From Candidatus Pacearchaeota archaeon (GTDB lineage: Archaea; Nanobdellota; Nanobdellia; Pacearchaeales; GW2011-AR1), in the NCBI GenBank assembly GCA_050124795.1, contig JASFEO010000007.1, positions 1 through 52,514 on the forward strand: DNA of 52,514 bases, read 5' to 3'. Both the position numbers and the translations under genes were made by a program. The first letter of the stretch is position 1. Every line of letters begins with the position of its first letter. Under the pieces are notes generated by a model. It was given only the letters and a program-made list of their open reading frames with translations. It had not been told where the DNA came from and did not search any database. Shown here piece by piece: positions 1 to 7,720 of the stretch.

Positions 1-123
1 ATCAAAAGAAAGTACGGCGGAGAAGTTCGGGCAAAGAAAATTAAGGGAATGCAAGCAGAAATATTTTTGAAAGGGATTGCACACAATTTAAGCCTTGCGG
101 CTTAGGAGATTTTCAGTGGAGCC
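1..123 (+). mobile_element. 3' end of an IS5-family-like transposase (open frame 1..105) plus probable right terminal inverted repeat
   Basis: Frame 1 reads IKRKYGGEVRAKKIKGMQAEIFLKGIAHNLSLAA*, resembling the C-terminal IKRKxG...AHNL motif of IS5/DDE transposases. It is followed by GAGATTTTCAGTGGAGCC (reverse complement GGCTCCACTGAAAATCTC, an IS903-like end). Truncated by the window edge. Confidence 0.7.
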
Positions 124-128
124 TATCA

Positions 129-212
129 TGCGGAGTAAAGGATTCGAACCTTCGTAGGCACTAAGCCAACAGATCTTGAGTCTGTCCCGTTTGACCGCTC
201 CGGCAACTCCGC
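129..212 (-). tRNA. tRNA-Leu(CAA)
   Basis: Cloverleaf GCGGAGT/ACTCCGC-A; anticodon arm ACAGA-CTCAAGA-TCTGT; long variable arm; GGTTCGAATCC T-arm; no encoded CCA. Confidence 0.95.
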
Positions 213-272
213 ATAAAAGTAATTAAAAACTTCAATATAAAAAACTTCTCATTCTAATAATTTTTTAAAAAC

Positions 273-992
273 CTATTTTACCTTCTTACCAACTTCACTC
301 AAATCTTTCTTAAGAATATCTGCAGACTGCAAAATCATTTCTTCAGGACTTATCTGGCCAAATCCTTCAACAGTTATCATAAGTTCTTTAGTAGGAGCAA
401 ACTTAATGGAATCCTTGCCTTGTTTTCTGCAAAGTTCTGAACATGCTTCACACATATCACACAATTCAGGCTCACTAACTTCAACCTTGTTCCCTTCAAC
501 TTTCAAAATATTTTTAGGACAAACATTCACAACTTCCTTAACACAATCCTTGTCAATTGAAACATCAAAAACATTTCTGTAATATATAATCCCTGGTGAA
601 TACTTTGAATGTTCAACTCCCCGCCCCAATCTTGCAATCCCTTTAACACTCATTTCCTGTCCCTTGTTAAGAAGCGTAATTGGAGTTTTTCCGTAAACAA
701 CTTTTGCATCTCCTTTAAATTCCTCAGCATAAACATTTCCCTCTTTTTTCACATTCAAATTCATTTCAATTTCAGTCTTTGAATTCATGCTTTTAAGAGT
801 GTTCAAAACAATCAAGCCAATTCTGTGCGCAACAGTCTCGTCATAAAGAGCAGAATCATTTTTTGAAATCTCAACTTCATCAATAGCTAAAATCGGAATC
901 TGCATTGCATATCTTCTAACTGCATTTGCCAAGCTCTCACTAATTTCAGCCTTAAACATAATTGTATTGTCTTTTTTGTTTATTAGTTTCAT
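273..992 (-). CDS. rpoD: DNA-directed RNA polymerase subunit D (Rpo3) with ferredoxin-like Fe-S insert
   Basis: ANAVRR, NDSALYDE..AHRIGLI, EHSKYSP and CDMCEACSELC motifs; downstream of rps11. Confidence 0.95.
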   Translation of the reverse strand: MKLINKKDNTIMFKAEISESLANAVRRYAMQIPILAIDEVEISKNDSALYDETVAHRIGLIVLNTLKSMNSKTEIEMNLNVKKEGNVYAEEFKGDAKVVYGKTPITLLNKGQEMSVKGIARLGRGVEHSKYSPGIIYYRNVFDVSIDKDCVKEVVNVCPKNILKVEGNKVEVSEPELCDMCEACSELCRKQGKDSIKFAPTKELMITVEGFGQISPEEMILQSADILKKDLSEVGKKVK

Positions 993-1048
993 TGTATTTA
1001 CCCAATTTTCCTGACTTTTAAAGTTTACTACTTTTGCATAATTCTTTT

Positions 1049-1525
1049 TTACGGTCTTCTTCCACGCCTGCCACCTTTCTTCTTTGGTCCTCCGCGCGGA
1101 TGTCTTGTTGTGTCAAGAATATTAATTATTTTAAACCCGGAACGAGATAAACTTTTAATAATTGCATTTGCTCCTGGTCCTGGTGCAGGATTTCTCGTCT
1201 TAGCCCGAATTCTAACATAAAGAGAAGTAACACCCATGTCCTTAATACTCTCAGCAATTCTCTTAGCAATAAACATGGCAATAGTTGGATTTGCCTTCAA
1301 TCTGTCCTGCTTAGTTGTCATCCCCCCGGTAACCTTGCAAAGAGTTTTCCCGGACATGTCTGTAACATGAACAATTGTATTATTAAAAGAAGTATAAATA
1401 TTCACAACAGCCTCAATATCTTTTTTAGGCTTAGATTTTTTAACCTGCGATTTTTCAGCAACCTCTTTTTTAGTTTCAGTTTCCTGTGGTTTTTCTTCTG
1501 TTTTTTTAATTTCTTCTTTAGTCAT
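1049..1525 (-). CDS. rps11: 30S ribosomal protein uS11
   Basis: IYTSFNNTIVHVTD, PGPGA, KKKGGRRGRR. Confidence 0.96.
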   Translation of the reverse strand: MTKEEIKKTEEKPQETETKKEVAEKSQVKKSKPKKDIEAVVNIYTSFNNTIVHVTDMSGKTLCKVTGGMTTKQDRLKANPTIAMFIAKRIAESIKDMGVTSLYVRIRAKTRNPAPGPGANAIIKSLSRSGFKIINILDTTRHPRGGPKKKGGRRGRRP

Positions 1526-1526
1526 T

Positions 1527-1832
1527 TTATTCTAATCGGCAATATGGCAAATTCAAAGTTGCTTTTGCCATTTCTTCGTTTAGTTTGATTCTCTCTTCCT
1601 CCTCAACATTCTGAGTATAATCTCTAAAGTTATTTATATTGTGTGTAATTCCTGCAAAATTTTCTTCAGGGTTTTTTGAATCTCTTCTAACATCTCCAAT
1701 AAATTCTCTTATATAATCTCTTGAAGTTTGTGCATCCAGATTCGGATTAAATGACGAAGGTCTTCCAATTCGTTTTCCTTCATATATTCTCTGATGTAGT
1801 GAATGCATCCATTGGCATTCTTTTCCAATCAT
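1527..1832 (-). CDS. orphan hypothetical protein inside ribosomal operon
   Basis: 101-aa ORF coupled by an ATGA overlap upstream and TAAAATG to rps11. Confidence 0.65.
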   Translation of the reverse strand: MIGKECQWMHSLHQRIYEGKRIGRPSSFNPNLDAQTSRDYIREFIGDVRRDSKNPEENFAGITHNINNFRDYTQNVEEEERIKLNEEMAKATLNLPYCRLE

Positions 1833-2104
1833 TCTTTCTTTTCCTCCTCAGCATTTTCTTTTAAAATTTTTTCTATAAAATTTGCTTGCTCTCTTAAATA
1901 TCTTACTCTATCTTTTGAATCTGCAATAATTGTCATTTCTGAAGATAGTTTTGAACCAGGACTAAAAGCAAATCTTTCTCCACTCATAAGCCTTGCTCCC
2001 AACCCTTCTTTCATTTTTTCTACATACATTATTCCAATGTCTGACTTATAAAAAGTATTTTCTTGCAACAAGTTTCCAAGTTTATCTAAATATTCATTAC
2101 TCAT
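1829..2104 (-). CDS. orphan hypothetical protein inside ribosomal operon
   Basis: 91-aa ORF overlapping the rps4 stop, with a G-rich RBS-like stretch upstream. Confidence 0.65.
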   Translation of the reverse strand: MSNEYLDKLGNLLQENTFYKSDIGIMYVEKMKEGLGARLMSGERFAFSPGSKLSSEMTIIADSKDRVRYLREQANFIEKILKENAEEEKKE

Positions 2105-2621
2105 TCTCCCTTACCCCCCCAACTTCCTCTTCTTTAACTTCTTTTGGTTTTTCCTCAACCTTTTTAATTTTTTTCTTTTGCTCCTTTTTTGAAATCTTGT
2201 CCTCCATTTCTTTTGGAACAATATACGACGGCACATCAACAACTCGTCCATCAACCAAAATTTTCTTATGAGTAATAAGTTGCCTTGCACCCTTAATTGT
2301 CGTTGCTAACTTTTTATTGAAAACAATTGTCTGAAGACGTCTATCCAAATAATCTTTTTTATCAAGTCCCAAAACATCTGCAATAGAATTAACATCCAAA
2401 CCAATTTTCTGCAGCCTCTTAAACAAAGCCTCCTGCTCTTTTGCATCAGCGCGAATCAACTTCTTTGCCTTTTCTCTCATTGACTTAATCTTTGCTTCAG
2501 CCTTCCAAATTTCTTTTTTATTTTTCAAACCAAACTCTTTCTTAATCCCCGCTTCTTCATCAATTCTCATCTTGTCAAACGGCCGCTTTGGTTTTGAGTA
2601 TTGTTTATGTTTTCTTTTCAT
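2097..2621 (-). CDS. rps4: 30S ribosomal protein uS4
   Basis: PKRPF, FGLKNKKEIW, LDRRLQTIV, ARQLITH. Confidence 0.96.
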   Translation of the reverse strand: MKRKHKQYSKPKRPFDKMRIDEEAGIKKEFGLKNKKEIWKAEAKIKSMREKAKKLIRADAKEQEALFKRLQKIGLDVNSIADVLGLDKKDYLDRRLQTIVFNKKLATTIKGARQLITHKKILVDGRVVDVPSYIVPKEMEDKISKKEQKKKIKKVEEKPKEVKEEEVGGVRENE

Positions 2622-2917
2622 TTTATTTCTATCCCCCTTTCTCTAAGGCGACAATATAGTCTGGAACCAACTGCCTGATATTCACATCCCATTTTCCCAT
2701 TCCAAACAGATGAACCTTCTTGAATAAGTGCGATATAACTACTTAACTCCTCCATTTTCTTTCTCCATTCAAAAGGAAGGGTGTTGTCTGAAGGATCTTC
2801 TAATTTTTTTAGATACCTTCCAGCTGTTATAAGGCACTTTTTCATTAATCTTTCTCCACCTTCATTTGCTCTGTCTATCTTTTCTTTTTGCCTTTCTTCG
2901 AAATTTTTATAGCTCAT
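2618..2917 (-). CDS. orphan hypothetical protein between rps13 and rps4
   Basis: 99-aa ORF coupled at both ends and flanked by a 13-bp direct repeat. Confidence 0.7.
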   Translation of the reverse strand: MSYKNFEERQKEKIDRANEGGERLMKKCLITAGRYLKKLEDPSDNTLPFEWRKKMEELSSYIALIQEGSSVWNGKMGCEYQAVGSRLYCRLRERGIEIK

Positions 2918-2926
2918 TTTATTTCT
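2618..2926. repeat. 13-bp direct repeat TCATTTTATTTCT (2618-2630 and 2914-2926)
   Basis: Exact copies read directly from the sequence. Confidence 0.85.
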
Positions 2927-3404
2927 TCACCTTTTGCTTCTTTTTAATTCCTGCGCCCTTTCTTCTGTTTCTTCTAAAATTGCTTCTTGTTCTTTGTCCA
3001 CGAAGCGGCAAGTTTGCAGCATGCCTGAATCCTCTGTAACTTCCCATTTGCCTTAATCTCTTAATATCAAATTCTTTTTGCAATTCCAAATCAGAACTCA
3101 CCAAATGCTTGTCCTCGCCGCTTGCAAAATCTTTTTGCCTGTTCTTTAAATAAACTGGTAAATCAGGATTCTTCAAAAATTCAGTTATCTTCTTAATCTC
3201 TGCATCATTCAAAGTTCCAACTTTTTTATTCTTGCTAATCCCAAGTTTTTTGCAAACAGCATTTGACAAACTCCACGAAACACCTTTTATTTTTGTCAAC
3301 CCTGAATAAACAGTCATAGCTCCCTCAATATCCTTTGACAAAATTCTAACTATTCTTTCCTTGTAATTTTGTTCTGGTTTTTTTATTTCTTGTGTTGTTT
3401 CCAT
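2919..3404 (-). CDS. rps13: 30S ribosomal protein uS13
   Basis: LTKIKGV, NRQKD, SYRGFRH..NLPLRGQRTRSN. Confidence 0.96.
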   Translation of the reverse strand: METTQEIKKPEQNYKERIVRILSKDIEGAMTVYSGLTKIKGVSWSLSNAVCKKLGISKNKKVGTLNDAEIKKITEFLKNPDLPVYLKNRQKDFASGEDKHLVSSDLELQKEFDIKRLRQMGSYRGFRHAANLPLRGQRTRSNFRRNRRKGAGIKKKQKVKK

Positions 3405-3405
3405 T

Positions 3406-3939
3406 TTATCTTACAAATAAATTATGCCTCTCAAATTCTGTTAATTCCTGAAAAATTCTTTTTTCAATTGCTCGTTCAGGGTCAGGCAAATTTTGGATTC
3501 GCTCCTTCATGTCTTCAAACGACTCAAACTCCTTCTCATTTCGCTTTTTTAAAATTTCCTGCATGTGCTTTTTTCCAAACCCTGGCAATAATTCAATCTG
3601 GTGAATTCTTTTATTTATTGCATCCGCAGTATTAAAAAATTCTAAAAACTTTTTATCCTCATGAACAATTTTCTTTATTAGTTCCTTAAGTTCTTCCTTT
3701 GCAGGTTCTGTTAATTTCTCACGAGGAAGGCGCCCTAAGATATAATAAATCTTATCCCGTTTTCCCTCGCCAATATAAACTGTTTCTCCCCGAACCAAGA
3801 CAATTCCTTTTCTTGGCACAAGTTCCAAAAGAGTTAAATTACTGGTTCCAACTGCCTGCGCTATAGGCATCATTTTTTTCTCCAGTGGATAACCATTTGG
3901 TAAAGATTCTAAGATTATTGCATTTTCTTCTTTTGCCAT
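3406..3939 (-). CDS. DUF655 family protein (OB fold + helix-hairpin-helix)
   Basis: AQAVG..LTLLEL, VYIGEGKRDKI, HQIELLPGFGKK; conserved position after rpoF. Confidence 0.9.
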   Translation of the reverse strand: MAKEENAIILESLPNGYPLEKKMMPIAQAVGTSNLTLLELVPRKGIVLVRGETVYIGEGKRDKIYYILGRLPREKLTEPAKEELKELIKKIVHEDKKFLEFFNTADAINKRIHQIELLPGFGKKHMQEILKKRNEKEFESFEDMKERIQNLPDPERAIEKRIFQELTEFERHNLFVR

Positions 3940-3947
3940 TTTTTCTA

Positions 3948-4250
3948 TTAACTAAATTCTTTAATTGCTGAAAGTATCTTGTTTGTTTCATCCTCATCCA
4001 AACCCACATCAGTAAAAATTTTATTTAATTCATCTTTATCACTTGGCAAGTTGTCAATAAGTTTCGCAATGTGCTTGTCATTCATTTTCATTAAATCAAG
4101 CCCGGCTAACTTTTTTCTTAATTCCTTTGCATCCTTTGTTTTCATTACCTTGAACTTTTTTATAAAACCAATCAAATCTGAATTTGTATCTTTATCTAAA
4201 TATTCACTGGCTTCACTCATGCTCAAAACTTGTTTTTCTTCAATTGTCAT
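3948..4250 (-). CDS. rpoF: RNA polymerase subunit F (Rpo4)
   Basis: KLIDNLP..DELNKIF; rpl21e-rpoF-DUF655 synteny. Confidence 0.85.
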   Translation of the reverse strand: MTIEEKQVLSMSEASEYLDKDTNSDLIGFIKKFKVMKTKDAKELRKKLAGLDLMKMNDKHIAKLIDNLPSDKDELNKIFTDVGLDEDETNKILSAIKEFS

Positions 4251-4506
4251 TTTGTTGTTTTATTTTCTTTAAATGAATCGGCTCAATTAAAAAACCTTTC
4301 TCTTTATTCTGGTCTTTAATTCCTATTAAATAAGCCTTCCCTCGTCGCTCTTTTACAGTTCCGGTTTTTCCCTGCAATCTCTTTGGAAACCTCGGCTGCA
4401 TTGAAACTTCCCTTACAACTGAGACAGCATCACCTTTTTCAAACCTCTGAAAATATCTGCCAAGTTTCAACTTTCCGCGCGTTCTCACTGGTTTTTTATT
4501 TACCAT
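4240..4506 (-). CDS. rpl21e: 50S ribosomal protein eL21
   Basis: FEKGDAV, P..RLQGKTGTV..RGKAY, PIHLK. Confidence 0.93.
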   Translation of the reverse strand: MVNKKPVRTRGKLKLGRYFQRFEKGDAVSVVREVSMQPRFPKRLQGKTGTVKERRGKAYLIGIKDQNKEKGFLIEPIHLKKIKQQNDN

Positions 4507-4545
4507 AATTAATTCAAAAATACCTTATTTAAAAACCTTATCTTT

Positions 4546-4761
4546 TCATAAATTGAACTGATTTTCAGAATTATTCATCTCACTTTGCTCAATCTTCACA
4601 GAAGGCGTATGGCACAAATCCCCTCTCTCTTTTGCATCACTCATATTTTGTTTTATTGCATTAAACATTTTCTCCCCCCAAACTTTCATGCCGCACTTAT
4701 CACACACAGTTATTTGCCTATCATCAGTTATTTCACAACCACAATACATACATTTTTGCAT
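4546..4761 (-). CDS. small zinc-finger protein
   Basis: CMYC...CDKC. Confidence 0.7.
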   Translation of the reverse strand: MQKCMYCGCEITDDRQITVCDKCGMKVWGEKMFNAIKQNMSDAKERGDLCHTPSVKIEQSEMNNSENQFNL

Positions 4762-4839
4762 TTATCCTTGCACCTTTTTTAATCAGGTTTCAAGAAAAAT
4801 CATCTTTAAAAATATTTGTATGCATTTTCGCGGAAAAAT

Positions 4840-5211
4840 TTATCCAGATTTTTTACTTGCTTTATTATAGATTCTAATTGCATACGCCAAACCTTTCTCT
4901 TTTTGGATTTTCTTAAAGCATTCTTCTGCATTATCTAAATCTTCATGGCTTGGTATTTCCGGAGCCAATACAATCAATAATTCATCTTCATTAGATACGC
5001 TAGACACGATAATATGAGGAACAAATGAATAAAAAGAATTTGGATTTTTTCCTATCGCATAAAAAGGATTATAATTTAATTCTTTTGCTTTTTCATAATG
5101 AGCTTTTTCATGCAGAATAATCTTTTCTGCAATCTCGGGAAATTTAGAATACTCCTCTTTAATATACTCACAAAATGCTTTCTCATTACGAAATATTTTT
5201 TCTAAATTCAT
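4840..5211 (-). CDS. hypothetical protein with HExxH zinc-peptidase-like motif
   Basis: ILHEKAHY plus downstream LAPE..S.ED. Confidence 0.55.
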   Translation of the reverse strand: MNLEKIFRNEKAFCEYIKEEYSKFPEIAEKIILHEKAHYEKAKELNYNPFYAIGKNPNSFYSFVPHIIVSSVSNEDELLIVLAPEIPSHEDLDNAEECFKKIQKEKGLAYAIRIYNKASKKSG

Positions 5212-5213
5212 TC

Positions 5214-5513
5214 TTAATCAAGTAACTCAGGTTTATTCCACGCTTGTTCAAGCCTTCTTTTAATTTCATCTTTGTGGGTTGCATTCAATTCAAAATAAAT
5301 CCCAAAATCAATCTCTTTTTTAATAATCCTCTTTTCATCAACTAATTCATCAAGATTGCTTTTAAATTCATTATATTCTGGATTTCTTGAAAAATTTTCT
5401 TCAAAACATTCTTTAACTTTTCTTGCCAAGTCTGGATAATATCTTCCTTTGATTCTAAGCATTTCTAAAATTGCTTCTCTATAATTAAAATTTTCTTCAT
5501 CATCAATATCCAT
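5214..5513 (-). CDS. hypothetical protein, possible winged helix
   Basis: 99 aa; helical N-terminus then LDELVDEKRIIKK..GIYFEL; TATA ~25 nt upstream. Confidence 0.55.
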   Translation of the reverse strand: MDIDDEENFNYREAILEMLRIKGRYYPDLARKVKECFEENFSRNPEYNEFKSNLDELVDEKRIIKKEIDFGIYFELNATHKDEIKRRLEQAWNKPELLD

Positions 5514-5635
5514 ATTCTTATTTGAAAAACTAATTTATAAATTTTATTTATTAGTTTTGTCTGATAAATCCAATAAAAAATTTCTCAAATTTTACTAATA
5601 ACAACCTTTTTAAACTAAAATAATGAGTTATTATC

Positions 5636-5833
5636 ATGATAATCCCTGTTCGTTGTTTTTCATGCGGAAAGCCAATTGGTCACTTGTGGGAAGAATTCAA
5701 AAAACGAGTTAGCGAAGGCGAAAACCCAAAAAAAGTAATGGACTCTCTCGGACTTGAAAGATTCTGCTGCAGATCAGTATTCTTAGGACAAACAGATTTA
5801 ATTGAACTTGTTGGAAAATTCAAAAAGAGTTAA
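5636..5833 (+). CDS. rpoN: RNA polymerase subunit N (Rpo10)
   Basis: MIIPVRCFSCGK...RFCCR. Confidence 0.97.
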   Translation: MIIPVRCFSCGKPIGHLWEEFKKRVSEGENPKKVMDSLGLERFCCRSVFLGQTDLIELVGKFKKS

Positions 5834-5861
5834 AAGTAAAAATCTTCTTCAGAAAATTTTA

Positions 5862-6128
5862 TTATCTTATCCTCCATTTATTTTCCTCTTTACAATATTC
5901 ACAAGTTATTGTTAAAAAATCATTTTTTATTCTAATGCTTGATTTAAAAAAAGGTCTAAGACAATTTTTGCAAAAAAGTTTTCTTTTTTCCCTCAAGGGA
6001 ATATTATGCTTCATTGCAAAACGTTTTATTTTTTTAATTTCTTTAGAAGATTTACTTTTAAAATTTTCCTCTGAAAAAAATTTCTCAATCTTTTCTACAG
6101 CTTCTTTTTTTGAAATTTTTTTTACCAT
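5862..6128 (-). CDS. rnp4: RNase P protein Rpp21 (Rpr2 family)
   Basis: AMKHNIPL..KRKLFCKNC...ITCEYC zinc ribbon. Confidence 0.8.
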   Translation of the reverse strand: MVKKISKKEAVEKIEKFFSEENFKSKSSKEIKKIKRFAMKHNIPLREKRKLFCKNCLRPFFKSSIRIKNDFLTITCEYCKEENKWRIR

Positions 6129-6173
6129 AATTAATTAAATAATTTAGATTATAAAAATCTAATTAAAATAAAA

Positions 6174-6287
6174 TAAGACAGCATTGATGATTCGCAGCTT
6201 GTCGGCCACTAAAACAAACAACGCAATTGACTTAACTTCTGGGTTCGGAAAGAGACCAGGTGTAGCCCAATTACTATGGCTGTCTTA
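6174..6287 (-). rRNA. rrf: 5S rRNA, stand-alone
   Basis: Terminal helix TAAGACAGC/GCTGTCTTA; conserved CCATAG, ACACC and CCGAACCCAGAAGTTAAG. Confidence 0.92.
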
Positions 6288-6348
6288 AAAATATTCAAGA
6301 TTTTGACTTTATAAAACTTTTTATACACTTATTTCTCAAGTATTTCAT

Positions 6349-6432
6349 GCGGAAGTGCCGGAGTGGACAAACGGGCTGGATTAAGGCTCCAGTGGCTTAG
6401 TGCCTGCGAAGGTTCGAATCCTTTCTTCCGCA
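6349..6432 (+). tRNA. tRNA-Leu(AAG)
   Basis: GCGGAAG/CTTCCGC-A; anticodon arm CTGGA-TTAAGGC-TCCAG gives U33-A34A35G36-G37; Leu-type variable arm the same as in tRNA-Leu(CAA). Confidence 0.9.
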
Positions 6433-6520
6433 TTTTCCACTTCTCTTTACCAGAACATCATAATTGTATTGAAAGAATTATTGAATTAGTCAAAGACGAA
6501 TTTTGAGTGAATTTGAGACA

Positions 6521-6742
6521 TTAATCTTCATATGTAATTATGCGAATAGTATGTGGAACATCAATAACTTCTCCAAGCATACCTTGATATTTATCAGAAT
6601 AGCTTTCCCTTACTATAGATCTTCTTTCAATTTTATCTTTTACAGAAAAAATTTTCTTAGCATTTAATGCATTAACCATCCCATCAAGAGTCTTAAGGGC
6701 TTCTTCTCCAGTTCCGAGTTGTATAAATGTTTTTACTTTCAT
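6521..6742 (-). CDS. hypothetical protein
   Basis: 73-aa ORF with TATA-like box ~25 nt upstream. Confidence 0.55.
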   Translation of the reverse strand: MKVKTFIQLGTGEEALKTLDGMVNALNAKKIFSVKDKIERRSIVRESYSDKYQGMLGEVIDVPHTIRIITYED

Positions 6743-6802
6743 GTTTTTCTCTTAATCCTTTGATTTATAAATTTTATTGTGATTGGTCTTAATTCAGGTT
6801 TT

Positions 6803-7075
6803 CTATATAAAACTCATCAATCCTTTTTGAATCAACAAAACTCCTGCAATAATATTAATCCAAATTGGAACTGAAAAAAATATTAAAAATAAAATAATAA
6901 TTCCCGCAAACAAATCAATCCCGCTTGCAAAATTCTTAAACAAACCAAAACTCGCTTTAACAATTAAAACAATTCCAATAAAAATCAAAACCTCATTTGG
7001 AAAACTAACCAATCTATTAAACATCATAATTATTCCTGCAATTAAATCAATCCCACCTAAAATCTTGACCAGCAT
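6803..7075 (-). CDS. small membrane protein with internal repeat
   Basis: Hydrophobic; GIDLIAGII / GIDLFAGII duplication. Confidence 0.75.
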   Translation of the reverse strand: MLVKILGGIDLIAGIIMMFNRLVSFPNEVLIFIGIVLIVKASFGLFKNFASGIDLFAGIIILFLIFFSVPIWINIIAGVLLIQKGLMSFI

Positions 7076-7114
7076 ATTTTTTAAATGAAGATTCTCTTTA
7101 AAAATTGTTTGAAT

Positions 7115-7189
7115 GCGCTCGTAGCTCAGTCTGGATAGAGCGCTTCCCTCCTAAGGAAGAAGCCGTAGGTTCAAATCCTACCGAGCGCG
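7115..7189 (+). tRNA. tRNA-Arg(CCT)
   Basis: GCGCTCG/CGAGCGC-G; CTTCC-CTCCTAA-GGAAG; GGTTCAAATCC. Confidence 0.96.
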
Positions 7190-7278
7190 TTTGATTTGAA
7201 TCCTACATAAACTCAAGAACAATTTATTTTCGTAAGTCGGGCAATTCCGTGGTAGAAGCATAATCCTACCGAGCGCGT
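7190..7278 (+). repeat. tRNA-linked mini-element 1 ending in a 17-bp copy of the tRNA-Arg 3' end
   Basis: AATCCTACCGAGCGCGT at 7174-7190 and 7262-7278; inverted T-arm copy at 7193-7206. Confidence 0.8.
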
Positions 7279-7324
7279 AAATCATAAACTTTATTAAAGC
7301 AGATTTCACTAAATATTATAATAA

Positions 7325-7396
7325 GCGTGGATAGGTCAATGGCTAGACTTTCTGCCTTCCAAGCAGACGATCCGGGTTCGAATCCCGGTCCGCGCA
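7325..7396 (+). tRNA. tRNA-Gly(TCC)
   Basis: GCGTGGA/TCCGCGC-A; TCTGC-CTTCCAA-GCAGA; GGTTCGAATCC. Confidence 0.95.
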
Positions 7397-7493
7397 TGGG
7401 GATGAGAACCCGAGGGTTCGACGAGTGACTTCGTGGTAGAAGTATCGCCTGCACAGAACCTTCGTGCGAGGTCGCGAGAACCAGTCCGCGCAT
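7397..7493 (+). repeat. tRNA-linked mini-element 2: GC-rich, multi-hairpin, ending in a copy of the tRNA-Gly 3' end
   Basis: CCAGTCCGCGCAT (7481-7493) vs CCGGTCCGCGCAT; inverted T-arm copy at 7399-7412; internal hairpins. Confidence 0.75.
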
Positions 7494-7500
7494 TTTGAGA

Positions 7501-7719
7501 ATGATCAAGAAAAACACAAAAATAATTTTTGAAGGAGAGAAAGGAGATTCAAAAGAATTAATTGGAGGAATTCCTCTTTCTGTTGGTGAGATTGTGAAAG
7601 TTACAGAAGAGGATTCAGACCAAGCAAAAGATTTTGAAGTAACAGATAAAAAAACAGAATTTTTTTTAAATGGCGAAGATCAAATTGCAAATATCACTTA
7701 CATACTAAAACAAAAATAA
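7501..7719 (+). CDS. hypothetical protein
   Basis: 72-aa ORF from ATG 7501, coupled to secF by TAAAATG. Confidence 0.65.
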   Translation: MIKKNTKIIFEGEKGDSKELIGGIPLSVGEIVKVTEEDSDQAKDFEVTDKKTEFFLNGEDQIANITYILKQK

Positions 7720-7720
7720 A

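Noticed and set aside
420-540. Fe-S motif in Rpo3 as a novelty
   Set aside because: Known feature of many archaeal RpoD subunits
6376-6392. Reading the tRNA as Leu(TAA)
   Set aside because: The 5-bp stem and 7-nt loop place AAG at positions 34-36, with U33 and G37
7266-7517. 83-aa minus-strand ORF
   Set aside because: Antisense shadow of tRNA-Gly and its trailer
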